A stretch of 64,000 nucleotides of DNA, from positions 1,312,001-1,376,000 of the forward strand of contig CAXXNF010000002.1 of assembly GCA_963666365.2 (NCBI GenBank), read 5' to 3'. This DNA comes from Syntrophales bacterium (GTDB lineage: Bacteria; Desulfobacterota; Syntrophia; Syntrophales; UBA2210). A program made the position numbers and the translations under genes. Below, one piece after another: positions 1 to 10,349 of the stretch. Positions within the stretch are counted from its first letter, which is position 1. Each line of letters begins with the position of its first letter. The notes below the pieces were generated by a model that was not told where the DNA came from, made no database searches, and saw only the letters and a list, made by a program, of their open reading frames with translations.

Positions 1-473
1 TCGCGACGGTGCAGAATACACTGCATTGGGCCATTACCGGTAAAACCGCCGCTGAAATCATCTATGACTCGGCGGATGCCAAAAAAATGCACATGGGGCT
101 TACAAGCTGGAAGGAGGCGCCTGATGGGAAAATCCTCAAATCCGATGTCTCCATTGCCAAAAATTATCTGAGTGAAGCACACATCAGAGAATTGAACCGG
201 ATTGTGACCGCCTACCTCGACCTTGCCGAAAATCGGGCTGAACGGCAGATTGTCATGAAGATGAAAGACTGGGTTCAATTTCTCCACAGTTTTCTTGAGC
301 TTTCCAACTACCCGATTCTCAAGGATAAAGGAAAGGTCAGCGCTCTGGAGGCCAAATTGAAGGCCGAGCAGGAATACGAAACGTACAGAAGGCGACAGGA
401 TCTGGAATATATTTCAGATTTCGACCGGGAAATTAAGCGCCTTAAGGATCCTCAAGAGGGAGACGATGAATAA
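1..473 (+). CDS. RhuM-family (virulence RhuM/COG3943) protein, 5'-truncated by window edge
   Basis: [17 protein letters not shown]...MGLTSW...DVSIAKNYL motifs typical of the RhuM family; overlaps the hsdR start, as is common in type I RM loci. Confidence 0.85.
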   Translation, partial: ATVQNTLHWAITGKTAAEIIYDSADAKKMHMGLTSWKEAPDGKILKSDVSIAKNYLSEAHIRELNRIVTAYLDLAENRAERQIVMKMKDWVQFLHSFLELSNYPILKDKGKVSALEAKLKAEQEYETYRRRQDLEYISDFDREIKRLKDPQEGDDE

Positions 474-3400
474 AACCTCCGAAAACGCCTTGGAACAAAC
501 CGCCCTCGACTGGTTTGAGTCATTGGGCTGGCAGACCGCCTTCGGCCCGGACATCGGCTTTGAAGGTCCATCCTGTGAACGCCGGTATTACGACCAGGTC
601 GTCTTAACTGACAGGCTTCAGACCGCGCTTGTGAATATCAATCCGAACATCCCACCGGATGCTATTGAAGAAGCTATTCGAAAAATTGAAAGGGCCGAAT
701 CCCCCAGCCTGATTGAAAACAACCGGCGTTTTCATCGAATGCTGACTGATGGCGTGGATATTTCCTACATGCAGGATGGCCGCGAGGTTCATAACAAAGT
801 CTGGCTGTTCGATCTTAAGGACCTGAAGAACAACGATTGGCTTGCTGTTAATCAATTTACCGTGATCGAGGATCGCAGAAATCGGCGGCCCGACATTGTA
901 ATTTTCGTCAACGGACTGCCCCTTGGAGTGATCGAGCTTAAGAATCCCGCCGATGAGAAGGCCACCATCCGCCATGCGTACAACCAGCTTCAGACTTACA
1001 AGAGCGATATTCCCGGCCTCTTCATCTACAACGAATTGCTGGTGATTTCCGATGGTCTGGAGGCCCGGGGCGGAACGCTCACGAGCGGCTGGGACCGGTT
1101 CATGCCCTGGCGTACCATTGACGGGAAGGATGTCGCTCCGCGAGGCTCTGTGGAACTGGAAGTGCTCATCAAGGGAATTTTCGACAAGCGGCGTTTTCTC
1201 GATCTTCTATTGAACTTCATTGTATTTGAAGATGACGGAGCCACAGTTATTAAGAAGACGGCTGCCTACCACCAGTTTCATGCCGTGAATAAAGCAGTGG
1301 ATTGCACCTTGTCGGCCTGCGGGATCGAGGCAGAGCCCGGACAGTTATACGCCGAATTTCCCGAACTCGATGAACTGAATCCATTTACGGCGAAAGATTC
1401 AGGCACACAGAGCGGGAAGGAAACGACGCAATTCGGCGGGCGTCGCATCGGGGTAATCTGGCATACCCAGGGAAGTGGAAAAAGTCTGTTAATGGCATTC
1501 TTCGCCGGAAAAGTGATCCGCCATCCCGCCATGGAGAATCCGACGCTGCTTGTTATTACGGACCGAAATGATCTTGATGACCAGCTCTTCGGCACATTTT
1601 CTTCATGCCGCGATCTTTTACGCCAAACACCCGTACAGGCCGAAAGCAGGGATCATTTAAAAGAACTGCTGCAAGTTCCCGCCGGCGGAGTAATATTTAC
1701 AACAATCCAGAAATTCATGCCCGATGCCAAAGGAGAACAATACCCTCTTTTATCTGAGAGGCGGAACATCGTTGTTATAGCCGACGAAGCGCACCGCAGC
1801 CAATACGACTTCATCGACGGATTCGCGCGTCACATGCACGATGCACTGCCTAAAGCGTCATTCATAGGATTTACAGGGACGCCTATCGAGCGCGACGACC
1901 GCAGCACACCGGCGGTATTCGGGAATTACATAGATAAATATGACATCCTGAGAGCGGTGGAAGACGGCGCGACCGTACCCATTTTTTACGAAGGCAGGCT
2001 GGCAAAGATTGACCTGCGGGAAGAAGAAAAACCGACCATAGATCCTGAGTTCGATGAGATCACGGAAGGCGAAGAAGAATCGGAAAAACAGAAGCTGCGC
2101 ACCAAGTGGGCGGCTCTTGAAGCGATGGTCGGGACGGAAAAACGAATCTCGCTTGTCGCGGAGGATCTGGTAACGCACTTCGAAAATCGCCTGCAGGCCT
2201 TGGACGGCAAGGCCATGATTGTCTGTATGAGTCGTCGAATCTGTGTGGATATGTACAACGCCGTCGTGAAGCTGCGTCCTGACTGGCACAGCGGTGACGA
2301 CGACAAGGGCGTGCTGAAGATCGTCATGTCCGGATCGGCATCGGATCGTGTTGAATGGCAGCCCCATATCCGCAACAAACTGCGCCGCGAAGAGCTGGCC
2401 AAGAGATTCAAAGATCCGGGCGATCCCATGAAAGTGGTAATTGTGCGGGATATGTGGCTGACCGGCTTCGACTGCCCGTCACTGCATACCATGTACGTTG
2501 ATAAGCCGATGCGCGGGCACGGCCTGATGCAGGCAATCGCCAGAGTTAATCGGGTATTTAAAGACAAGCCCGGTGGGTTGGTAGTCGATTATATAGGAAT
2601 CGCATACCATTTAAAACAGGCCCTGGCCGACTATACTGAGGCGGGTGGTCGCGGAAAGGCGACGATCAATCAGGAAGAAGCCGTGGCGATAATGCTGGAA
2701 AAGTATGATATTGTGGTCGCCATGCTCCACGGTTTCGATTATATCTCGCTTCTCCAGGCAGAACCGGCAGTAAGAATTGCCGGTATCAGGGCCGCCATGG
2801 AACACATCCTTCAACTTGAAGACGGCAAGAAGCGGTACCTTGAGGAGGTAATGGCCCTGTCGAAGGCCTTTGCACTTTCGGTTCCCCATGAGGAAGCGCT
2901 CAGGATTCGCGATGAGATACGATTCTTCCAGGAAGTGCGCGCCGGCTTGGCCAAATCTACCGTCGAAGGCGAAGGCAAGACCATTGAAGAGATGGATACC
3001 GCGATTCGCCAACTGGTATCCCGAGCTGTGGTATCTGATGAGGTCATTGATATTTTTGCGGTGGCGGGATTGAAGAAGCCGGACATTTCGATATTGTCGG
3101 ACGACTTCCTCCAGGAAGTCCGTCAAATGCCTCATCGGAATCTTGCCGTCGAGGTGCTGAGAAAGCTCCTGAACGACGAAATAAAAACGAGATCACGCAA
3201 AAACATCGTCCAGGCGCGTTCTTTTGCGGAGATGCTGGAGAATGCCGTCCGGAAATATAAAAACAGGGCAATTGAAGCCGCACAGGTCATCGAGGAACTC
3301 ATCGAACTTGCCAGGGAAATGCGGGAGGCGCAGAAGCGGGGTGACGATCTCGGCATGACCGAGGATGAAGTTGCGTTTTATGATGCCCTGGAAGTCAATG

Positions 3401-3642
3401 ACAGTGCAGTCAAGGTCTTGGGAGACGAAACGCTGAAAACTATCGCCCATGAGTTGGTCGAAGCGGTCCAACGAAGCGTCACGATTGATTGGACCGTCCG
3501 CGATAATGCCCGCGCACAGATCCGGGTAATCGTGAAGCGCATCCTGCGTAAATACGGCTATCCCCCGGACAAGCAGGAAAAGGCGACGCAGACTGTGCTG
3601 GAGCAGGCAGAAGTTCTATGCAAAGAGTGGATGGCTGCGTGA
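466..3642 (+). CDS. hsdR: Type I restriction endonuclease subunit R
   Basis: PD...ELK nuclease motif ([19 protein letters not shown]), WHTQGSGKS Walker A, DEAH box, [13 protein letters not shown]; 1058 aa. Confidence 0.97.
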   Translation: MNKTSENALEQTALDWFESLGWQTAFGPDIGFEGPSCERRYYDQVVLTDRLQTALVNINPNIPPDAIEEAIRKIERAESPSLIENNRRFHRMLTDGVDISYMQDGREVHNKVWLFDLKDLKNNDWLAVNQFTVIEDRRNRRPDIVIFVNGLPLGVIELKNPADEKATIRHAYNQLQTYKSDIPGLFIYNELLVISDGLEARGGTLTSGWDRFMPWRTIDGKDVAPRGSVELEVLIKGIFDKRRFLDLLLNFIVFEDDGATVIKKTAAYHQFHAVNKAVDCTLSACGIEAEPGQLYAEFPELDELNPFTAKDSGTQSGKETTQFGGRRIGVIWHTQGSGKSLLMAFFAGKVIRHPAMENPTLLVITDRNDLDDQLFGTFSSCRDLLRQTPVQAESRDHLKELLQVPAGGVIFTTIQKFMPDAKGEQYPLLSERRNIVVIADEAHRSQYDFIDGFARHMHDALPKASFIGFTGTPIERDDRSTPAVFGNYIDKYDILRAVEDGATVPIFYEGRLAKIDLREEEKPTIDPEFDEITEGEEESEKQKLRTKWAALEAMVGTEKRISLVAEDLVTHFENRLQALDGKAMIVCMSRRICVDMYNAVVKLRPDWHSGDDDKGVLKIVMSGSASDRVEWQPHIRNKLRREELAKRFKDPGDPMKVVIVRDMWLTGFDCPSLHTMYVDKPMRGHGLMQAIARVNRVFKDKPGGLVVDYIGIAYHLKQALADYTEAGGRGKATINQEEAVAIMLEKYDIVVAMLHGFDYISLLQAEPAVRIAGIRAAMEHILQLEDGKKRYLEEVMALSKAFALSVPHEEALRIRDEIRFFQEVRAGLAKSTVEGEGKTIEEMDTAIRQLVSRAVVSDEVIDIFAVAGLKKPDISILSDDFLQEVRQMPHRNLAVEVLRKLLNDEIKTRSRKNIVQARSFAEMLENAVRKYKNRAIEAAQVIEELIELAREMREAQKRGDDLGMTEDEVAFYDALEVNDSAVKVLGDETLKTIAHELVEAVQRSVTIDWTVRDNARAQIRVIVKRILRKYGYPPDKQEKATQTVLEQAEVLCKEWMAA

Positions 3643-3651
3643 ATAATTTTT

Positions 3652-4158
3652 TTACTTTATTCCCCTTGTATCGAGGTATGTTTTCACATTGTGTGTCACC
3701 GCAATTACCATCCGAGAACCGGTCATGATTGCGTAGACGTCCTGTTCGTTCCCGCAGTGTTTCGCAAATTCGGGGCCTATGACTGCAGCCGGTTCGGGGG
3801 CACCCGGCTTCCTTACGACGGCATCAAGGTACCTGTCCAGTCGCTCTCTCAATACCTGGAAATAATCGATCTTCCGACCCGTCATAAGGTCCAGCTTTGA
3901 GGACAACTCCCCCGAAAATTCATGTACCGCCTTCCAATAGCGCTCCCCCACCGGATTCTTATGGGGGCTTTTTTCAAGAAAGTAAGAAATGCTCCAGCCC
4001 ACCATTACGATCTTCAGTATCTGAAGCTCATATTCCACGGTGGGGCGTGCAACAGTTGCCTCTTCAGGCAGACATGCCATCAATGTCTTTATGTCCTCAC
4101 GATTAATCGCAAAATGAAAAAGTTCCTCTCCCGCGTGTTCAACAACCGATTGTTCCAT
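3652..4158 (-). CDS. Hypothetical protein (likely start MEQSVV at 4158; ORF open to 4218)
   Basis: Only plausible ORF between hsdR and slyD; protein-like composition; AGGA upstream of ATG 4158. Confidence 0.6.
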   Translation of the reverse strand: MEQSVVEHAGEELFHFAINREDIKTLMACLPEEATVARPTVEYELQILKIVMVGWSISYFLEKSPHKNPVGERYWKAVHEFSGELSSKLDLMTGRKIDYFQVLRERLDRYLDAVVRKPGAPEPAAVIGPEFAKHCGNEQDVYAIMTGSRMVIAVTHNVKTYLDTRGIK

Positions 4159-4320
4159 AGCCTGCAACATCCTTTTTTCAATTGTTCGGCACTGCGCACC
4201 CGCACATACGGCACTCACACGTCCTTACCACAGTCTTTCATCCCATGAAAGCACTCTCGGACATTGACCTTGACTTTTCGAGATTTTCTATACTAGGCTT
4301 TCAGGAAGGAGGAAAACAAT

Positions 4321-4788
4321 ATGCAGGAAACAATAGTAAAACAGGGTGATACGATCAGCGTCAACTATACGGGCAGATATCAGCAAAACGGTGAAGTATT
4401 CGATACTTCCCATGGTCGTGAGCCCTTGAAATTCACCGTTGGCGCCGGTCAGCTCATACAAGGATTCGACAGCGCCGTCATCGGCATGACGGCAGGCGAA
4501 AAACGGACCGTCACCGTATCGCCTGAAGAAGGGTATGGCGACCATCGGGAAGAAATGGTATTCGATATTCCCCGAGACCGCATTCCCGAAGACATGGAGC
4601 TTCAACCGGGCATGATGCTGCAATTATCGGATGAGCAGGGAAACAAAATTCCTGCCGTGGTAGCGGCACTTCTTGATGATACAGTCAAAATGGATGCAAA
4701 CCATCCGCTGGCGGGAAAGACGCTCGAATTCGAAATCGAAGTGGTTGAAACCGGACTCACCCCCGATCCGTCCTGCGGCACTTCTTGA
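4321..4788 (+). CDS. slyD: FKBP-type peptidyl-prolyl isomerase, SlyD-like; Cys-rich tail displaced out of frame (to 4927) by an internal duplication
   Basis: VNYTG...FDTS..REPLKF..GAGQLI.GF and DANHPLAGKTL motifs; AGGAGG RBS. Confidence 0.9.
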   Translation: MQETIVKQGDTISVNYTGRYQQNGEVFDTSHGREPLKFTVGAGQLIQGFDSAVIGMTAGEKRTVTVSPEEGYGDHREEMVFDIPRDRIPEDMELQPGMMLQLSDEQGNKIPAVVAALLDDTVKMDANHPLAGKTLEFEIEVVETGLTPDPSCGTS

Positions 4789-4894
4789 TGATACAGTCAA
4801 AATGGATGCAAACCATCCGCTGGCGGGAAAGACGCTCGAATTCGAAATCGAAGTGGTTGAAACCGGACTCACCCCCGATCCGTCCTGCGGCACT
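4663..4894 (+). repeat. Exact 112-bp tandem duplication (4663-4774, 4775-4886) bounded by 8-bp microhomology GCGGCACT
   Basis: Direct sequence comparison; GCGGCACT occurs at 4663, 4775 and 4887. Confidence 0.97.
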
Positions 4895-4934
4895 GCCGGA
4901 GGATGCGCAGGGTGCAGCGGCTGTTAAGATACTG

Positions 4935-4976
4935 CAGGGAAACGCCGGACTGCGGCGTTTCCCTGTTCTTCTTCTT
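4935..4976 (+). terminator. Intrinsic terminator after slyD
   Basis: 13-bp stem CAGGGAAACGCCG / CGGCGTTTCCCTG, 5-nt loop, followed by TTCTTCTTCTT. Confidence 0.8.
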
Positions 4977-5010
4977 AACGGCACATCTATCCATATGCAG
5001 GTCTCGTTGA

Positions 5011-5664
5011 TCAGAGTCCCACGTCCTCGTTGACCAGAATAACCTTGATACGCCCCTTGGGAAATGATTTTTCCGTGATTGTCCAGATATTGCAGATGCG
5101 GCTCGGGCTCTTGCAGTCTTCGCAGCAGGAGGTGGTGGCGCAAGGCGTGGCGAATCCCAGTCTCATCGCATTTGCCGGCGCCGCGTAGTGTTTAATGCGC
5201 ACCATCGCCTCCTCAAGGGTCGAAACGATCTTATTGCGGCCCGCCACAATGATAACATTCCGGGGACCGAAGGTAATCGCTGCCACGCGGTTCCCGATCA
5301 TGTCGCAATTGACAAGCGCCCCGTCCTCCGTGACCGCGTTTGTCCCGGTAACGAAAAGATCAGCCAGCAGCGCCCGACGTCTCCGTTCCACCACCTCGTC
5401 CCTCGAAATACTCCGGTCATAGGTATCGATGACGTCAAAACCGAAACGCTCCTCTTTCAGAGGCTCGTAGAGTCCTGCGGTCGTAATCGTCATTGATCCG
5501 CCCCAGGCAACGCTTTTCGCATCGATTGAGGGGATAATATCGTCAAAGACAATCGATCGGACATTGTCTAGGTTTTCAGCGACGTGCACATCAAAATTAT
5601 TGCCCTCCAGGGCATCCTTGACGTGATCAAGACGTATCTTCCAGAATTTTTTAATGGGATCCAC
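5011..5664 (-). CDS. LUD-domain (LutC/YkgG-like) lactate utilisation family protein
   Basis: GGSMT, TGTNAVTEDG.LVN.D..GNRVAA..FGP, GRNKIV and a C-terminal PC...C.DC....RIC motif. Confidence 0.85.
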   Translation of the reverse strand: MDPIKKFWKIRLDHVKDALEGNNFDVHVAENLDNVRSIVFDDIIPSIDAKSVAWGGSMTITTAGLYEPLKEERFGFDVIDTYDRSISRDEVVERRRRALLADLFVTGTNAVTEDGALVNCDMIGNRVAAITFGPRNVIIVAGRNKIVSTLEEAMVRIKHYAAPANAMRLGFATPCATTSCCEDCKSPSRICNIWTITEKSFPKGRIKVILVNEDVGL

Positions 5665-5703
5665 AACAGTACACCTCTTTCCGTTATTTGATCAGCAATA
5701 TAT

Positions 5704-6555
5704 TCACTTTTTTTTGATTATGGGAATGAACCGCATCAACATTACCACTCCAAGGTAAACGGCGCCGGCAAGAACGATTGTGGTAGCGCCTGCGGGAAGG
5801 TCCGGCCCGTAGCTCACTGCAAGACCGAGCGTGGTAAAGACCGCAGTAATGAATATCGAACAGATCATCAATGTCCACAGACGCCGTGTAAACTGGCCGG
5901 CCACGGCAACGGGAATCGTGAGCAGTGCGATCACCATGACGATCCCCACGACAGTCACCAGCAGCACCACTGTAAGGGCGGTAAGACAGAGGAGGAGAAG
6001 GTAATACATCTCCACTCGAATGCCTCGAAGCCGTGCAAACTCCTCGTCGAAGCAGACAGCCAGCAGCTGGTTGTAAAAAAGAATGCCTAAGGCAATGATC
6101 AGAAGGTCGAGCCCCGCAATCAGCCAGAGATCCCCTGACGAAACCATCAGGATATTGCCAAAAAGATAGCTCATAAGGTTTTCGCTGTACCCCGGCGTTT
6201 TAAAAATAAAGAGAATTCCCACGGCCATGCCGATGGCCCATACGGCGCCGATGACCGTATCTTCGCGCTGTTTTGCACGGAGGCTTACCAGGCCGATGAC
6301 AATTGCCGCAACAAGGGCTGCCAGAACGGCGCCGTAGAGCGGATTGACCCACTCACAATGAAAAACTACCTGACAATAGCGCGCCGCCCCAAGTCCGGCA
6401 AGGACACTGTGGGCAATGCTTCCGGCAATATAGGTGATGCGGCGCGTCACCACATAACTTCCGATCACTCCACAGGCGACGCTTGCCAGCAGTCCTGTCA
6501 CCAGGGCATATTGAAGGAATTTCTGGTGCTGCAGATCGACAAAAAATTCACACAC
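5704..6555 (-). CDS. znuB: Zn/Mn-type metal ABC transporter permease
   Basis: ABC-3 family motifs (IAHSVL.G, YLFGNIL, FDEEFA, VG..LVIALL..P); GTG start with GGGAGG RBS. Confidence 0.88.
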   Translation of the reverse strand: MCEFFVDLQHQKFLQYALVTGLLASVACGVIGSYVVTRRITYIAGSIAHSVLAGLGAARYCQVVFHCEWVNPLYGAVLAALVAAIVIGLVSLRAKQREDTVIGAVWAIGMAVGILFIFKTPGYSENLMSYLFGNILMVSSGDLWLIAGLDLLIIALGILFYNQLLAVCFDEEFARLRGIRVEMYYLLLLCLTALTVVLLVTVVGIVMVIALLTIPVAVAGQFTRRLWTLMICSIFITAVFTTLGLAVSYGPDLPAGATTIVLAGAVYLGVVMLMRFIPIIKKK

Positions 6556-7321
6556 AGGAATGTCCTCCCTGCCCTGTTGCGTCGTGACGTACCATGCGTA
6601 CATCGGAGCCGTAAATCTCGCTGATCATCTCACCGGTGATTTCACTGGTGGGATGCACCACCACTTTCCGGTTTACGCAGGCGACGTTTTTCACGTAATT
6701 CGACACAAAGCCTATATCGTGGGTCACCACAATGACGGGCGCCTTCGTATTCAGCTCGCTCAGAACCTCAAAAAGCTCCCGTTCAATGGCCATATCCACA
6801 TTGGACGTGGGCTCGTCAAGTATGAGGAGCTCCGGTTCGACGACAAGTGCACGGGCGATCAGTACTCTTTGCCGCTGTCCGCCCGACAGTTCCGAAAAAG
6901 GACGGTCCTGCACATTTTCCATTTCAAGCAGCTTCAGCGCTTCACGGGCCTTCACCTTTTCAGCCTGCCCATAAAACCCCCATTGCCGCCCCCTCCCCAG
7001 ATGGCCCATCATAACAACATCAATCACACTGACGGGAAAGTGAAGGTCGAGAGAGGCGTTCTGCGGCATATAGCCGACACGGGAGCGGGCCTTCTCAGGC
7101 GGCACACCGAAGACCCTGACGGTTCCCCGCTGCGGCGTGATCAATCCCAGCATCAGCTTTACAAGCGTCGTTTTCCCTCCCGCATTGGGACCGACAATCG
7201 AGAGAAAATCTCTTCCCCGCACCGTCAGATTCACGTTTTCGAGAACGGTCGCGCCATTATAGGCAAAGGAGAGATCCCTGATTTCAACAATCACCTCGTC
7301 ATCGCTGCCGGTTGGTTTCAT
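6548..7321 (-). CDS. znuC: Metal ABC transporter ATP-binding protein
   Basis: GPNAGGKTT, LSGGQRQR, LILDEPT, VTHD; overlaps both neighbours. Confidence 0.88.
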   Translation of the reverse strand: MKPTGSDDEVIVEIRDLSFAYNGATVLENVNLTVRGRDFLSIVGPNAGGKTTLVKLMLGLITPQRGTVRVFGVPPEKARSRVGYMPQNASLDLHFPVSVIDVVMMGHLGRGRQWGFYGQAEKVKAREALKLLEMENVQDRPFSELSGGQRQRVLIARALVVEPELLILDEPTSNVDMAIERELFEVLSELNTKAPVIVVTHDIGFVSNYVKNVACVNRKVVVHPTSEITGEMISEIYGSDVRMVRHDATGQGGHSCV

Positions 7322-8214
7322 GACCGATCACCCCCTACCGGCTGTAGCGCCTTTTCTTTTTCCTGCGTCAGCGCCGAGCGTATCGCTTCGGCCATATCCT
7401 GAAGATTCTGCATGTACTGTTGCGGCAGCGGATCCATGGGCACCACAACGCCCCCGATCTCCCTTGCAATAACCGCCGCGTAGCGCCTTGAAAACTGAGG
7501 CTGCACAAATATCACCTTCACGCCATCTTTCCGGGCGCCGTCAATCAGCCGGGCAAGCTGTTTCGGACTGGGTTCTTTGCCGCCGGTCTCAACGGCGACC
7601 TGCCGAAGTCCATAGGTATGGGCGAAATAGCCAAAGGCAGGATGAAACACATAGAGCGTGCGGCCCCGCAGGGGCTTCAGAATTTTCGTAATTTTCTTGT
7701 GCAGATTGTCGAGATCCTCTTCAAAGCCGGCAAGGTTCTTCCTGTACCGATCCGCATGTTTCGGATCAACATCGGCAAGGGCGTCGCATATGGTGCGCGC
7801 CTGTATCCTGACCCGCACCGGGTCGAGCCAGATGTGCGGATCGGCCCTGCCCCCCTGCTCCTTTTCGCCAAAATATAGGAGTGCAATATTTTTTCTGGTA
7901 TCGACAATCCTCAGCCGCGGGAAATTCCGGGCTATTGTATCGATAAAACCTTCTTCAAAGGTTGTTCCGATACGAAAATATAGTGCCGCATTTCCAAGGT
8001 CCGCCATCTGCCTGGGAGAGGGCTCATAGGTAGCCGGCGATTGTCCCGGTCCGACGAGGACATCGACGTGCACCAGCGAACCGCCGATGCGTTCCACAAA
8101 ATATGCCTGCGGCAAAATGCTCACGAACACCTCTATCGTCGCTGCATGAAGTCCCGTCGCATTCATGCAGAAGAATGCCACAATGGTCCATATGCCAGGC
8201 AGGATTCTTCTCAT
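7318..8214 (-). CDS. znuA: Metal ABC transporter substrate-binding protein (ZnuA/TroA family)
   Basis: Signal peptide, SPATYEPSP, DPHIWLDP, FHPAFGYF. Confidence 0.88.
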   Translation of the reverse strand: MRRILPGIWTIVAFFCMNATGLHAATIEVFVSILPQAYFVERIGGSLVHVDVLVGPGQSPATYEPSPRQMADLGNAALYFRIGTTFEEGFIDTIARNFPRLRIVDTRKNIALLYFGEKEQGGRADPHIWLDPVRVRIQARTICDALADVDPKHADRYRKNLAGFEEDLDNLHKKITKILKPLRGRTLYVFHPAFGYFAHTYGLRQVAVETGGKEPSPKQLARLIDGARKDGVKVIFVQPQFSRRYAAVIAREIGGVVVPMDPLPQQYMQNLQDMAEAIRSALTQEKEKALQPVGGDRS

Positions 8215-8223
8215 CCCTGCTCC

Positions 8224-8481
8224 TCAATGATCTCGAGCACATACGAGATAATTCTCATTGCATTCGTTGCACCGTTTTATGGAATGAGCAGCAGTAAACT
8301 CTTTCCAATGGCGGCATTGATTCGGCGTCAGCATACCGCGGCCGTTGCAGAGAGGACAGATCGCCCCCAAAGCAGTGACAACCGCCTGCCTGATAAATGC
8401 CGACCGGTTGGGAATGTCTTTCATAACTTCCATCAGTTCCTCATCCACTTTAAACGTAATAATCCCTTGTTTTTTTTTCAT
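8224..8481 (-). CDS. Small CopG/ribbon-helix-helix-like regulator with C-terminal Cys/His metal-binding domain (85 aa)
   Basis: IITFKVDEEL...NRSAFIRQAV (RHH pattern) followed by CPLC...H...CNEC...C; first gene of the znu operon; GGGAGG RBS. Confidence 0.75.
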   Translation of the reverse strand: MKKKQGIITFKVDEELMEVMKDIPNRSAFIRQAVVTALGAICPLCNGRGMLTPNQCRHWKEFTAAHSIKRCNECNENYLVCARDH

Positions 8482-8504
8482 AATGGACAGTCCCTCCCAG
8501 ACAT

Positions 8505-8541
8505 AAAGTATCATGATAATACTTTGTAATACCCATGTCAA
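8505..8541 (-). promoter_or_regulatory. sigma70-type promoter (TTGACA-17-TATCAT) with an overlapping inverted-repeat operator candidate
   Basis: Minus strand TTGACA 8541-8536 and TATCAT 8518-8513; AAAGTAT-N7-ATACTTT at 8505-8525. Confidence 0.75.
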
Positions 8542-8577
8542 ACAAAAGAAATGTTCTGTGATACAAGGGCCAGGGCG

Positions 8578-8964
8578 TCAGCGCACCTCTGCGCCCCGTC
8601 CGACAAGGAGATCTCTGAGTATTGACCGATGGCATCTCGCCTCGTTTTCACAGTAACATCCGAGCGAAAAATTAGTGTGGTGGGAAAACGCCGCCAGCAG
8701 ATCGAGGTCTCTGCCGGCGGCGGAACGACTCATCTCTGCGCGAAATTTTCTTTCAAATGCTGCCCATTCACGATCATCGGCAACGCTTTTTCCTTCTTTA
8801 ATCAGTTCTGCGCTGGGAGATAAATTGGGAAACCATAAATCGTAAAAATTCCGCGAGGCAAATTCCTTCTTCGGAACTCCCCTCGGCGGTCGTCGAACCG
8901 TGCCCAGTCTCAGGCCTTCATCCTTTTCTCTTGCACTACCCAGTCGCACTATTCGTATCGCCAT
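8578..8964 (-). CDS. DUF488 (YeaO-like) family protein
   Basis: G.R.GTVRRPPRGV.K...W.PNLSPS and C-terminal CENEARCHRS motif. Confidence 0.85.
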   Translation of the reverse strand: MAIRIVRLGSAREKDEGLRLGTVRRPPRGVPKKEFASRNFYDLWFPNLSPSAELIKEGKSVADDREWAAFERKFRAEMSRSAAGRDLDLLAAFSHHTNFSLGCYCENEARCHRSILRDLLVGRGAEVR

Positions 8965-9030
8965 ATATTCCCCTCTTTTCAAAAACGATTAATCGTAAGG
9001 TAGCACAGTAACGTTCTAAAAAAGCTGCCA

Positions 9031-10278
9031 CTATTTATATTTCGTCAAATCCAGTTCGCTCATCAACTCCTCAATCGATTCCGTTTCATCGATTGAAAGA
9101 TAGCCGTCGCTCATACCGCTCTCCCAGGAGGGGGGAAGGACATCCTCTTTCGCTTCCTGCATACCAGAGCTTTGAACGCTTTTCTGCACGGACTTTCGAG
9201 GAACCGGTGGCACCACAACGGGCGATTTGTAGGACGACTCCACGGAAATATCAGAAGTTGCCTGAAAAATTTGGGAAGGGCGGAAGAAGTTTGCGCGCTC
9301 CTGTATATATTCCTTCAGGTAGCGTTCTTTCGTGAACATCCCTTCTCCGCGACTCATCTGCACGGCGCCTTCGAGCTGATTCAGTTTATTGTCCCTGATG
9401 AGCGCTTTGATCGACGACCGCCCTCGCACTACTTCAAGAACAGGCACTCTGATGCCTGCTCGCTCGTAATAGAAGAGATGCTGTGAGACAAGCCATGCGA
9501 GGCTCGACGCAAGCTGGTATCTGATTTCACTCTGGGATTCCGGGGGGAAGGCATAACAGAGCCGGTATACCGCCTCTTCGGCGTTGGTGGCATGGAGCGT
9601 CGTAATGACGAGGTGTCCCGATTCCGCCGCATTCAGACACAGCTTCATCGTCTCCGGCTCCCTCAGCTCTCCTATTACGATAATATCCGAATCCTCACGA
9701 AGGGCATCGAGAAGTCCCCGTTCAAAGGAGGGCGTATCGGCATCGATCTCCCGCTGCTGGACAAAAGATTTCTTTGAGGTAAACCGGTACTCGATCGGAT
9801 CTTCCAGGGTAATGATGTGGCTTGCTCGTTTCTGATTTATTTCATCGATAATTGCCGCAATCGTGGTTGTTTTTCCCGTGCCCGTGGCGCCGCAGATCAG
9901 CACAAGGCCCGCGGTAAGCTCACTGATTTCGTGAAGTGAGGGATGAAGATTCAATTGATCGATTGAGGGAACGCGACCGGGCAGAAGACGGGCGGCGATA
10001 CTCAGCCCCCTGGCCGTGCTGAATATGTTGATCCTCAATCTGACGCGTTCCAGTGTAGTGGAATAATCGATCGATAATCGTTCCTTCAGCTTTTGCATCT
10101 GCCGGGCAGAAAGCAGCTGCTTCACCATCGCGTCCAGTTCCTGGGCGCTCCACTGCACTTTCGATTGAAACTGAATCTGTCCGTTGACGCGATACACCAT
10201 CGGATGACCACCGGTGATATGAACATCCGATATTCCCGTGCCCATGGCGGATCGAATCACGCTTTTGAACTTCTCCAT
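9031..10278 (-). CDS. PilT/PilU-family type IV pilus retraction ATPase paralog
   Basis: SDVHI, GATGTGKTTT, TLEDPIEY, GELRE, AAESGHLV..TLH. Confidence 0.88.
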   Translation of the reverse strand: MEKFKSVIRSAMGTGISDVHITGGHPMVYRVNGQIQFQSKVQWSAQELDAMVKQLLSARQMQKLKERLSIDYSTTLERVRLRINIFSTARGLSIAARLLPGRVPSIDQLNLHPSLHEISELTAGLVLICGATGTGKTTTIAAIIDEINQKRASHIITLEDPIEYRFTSKKSFVQQREIDADTPSFERGLLDALREDSDIIVIGELREPETMKLCLNAAESGHLVITTLHATNAEEAVYRLCYAFPPESQSEIRYQLASSLAWLVSQHLFYYERAGIRVPVLEVVRGRSSIKALIRDNKLNQLEGAVQMSRGEGMFTKERYLKEYIQERANFFRPSQIFQATSDISVESSYKSPVVVPPVPRKSVQKSVQSSGMQEAKEDVLPPSWESGMSDGYLSIDETESIEELMSELDLTKYK

Positions 10279-10349
10279 CTACATCCCCTTATCCTTTCAG
10301 TATAAAAAGGCCCCTATGCCGCATACCATCACCACAGGGCGGTGGATCT

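Noticed and set aside
1300..1440. Insertion in HsdR before Walker A as a possible intein
   Set aside because: Only about 40 aa, no intein terminal motifs; this loop varies in HsdR proteins
4673..5033. Two ORFs starting MMIQSKW
   Set aside because: By-products of the 112-bp duplication in alternative frames
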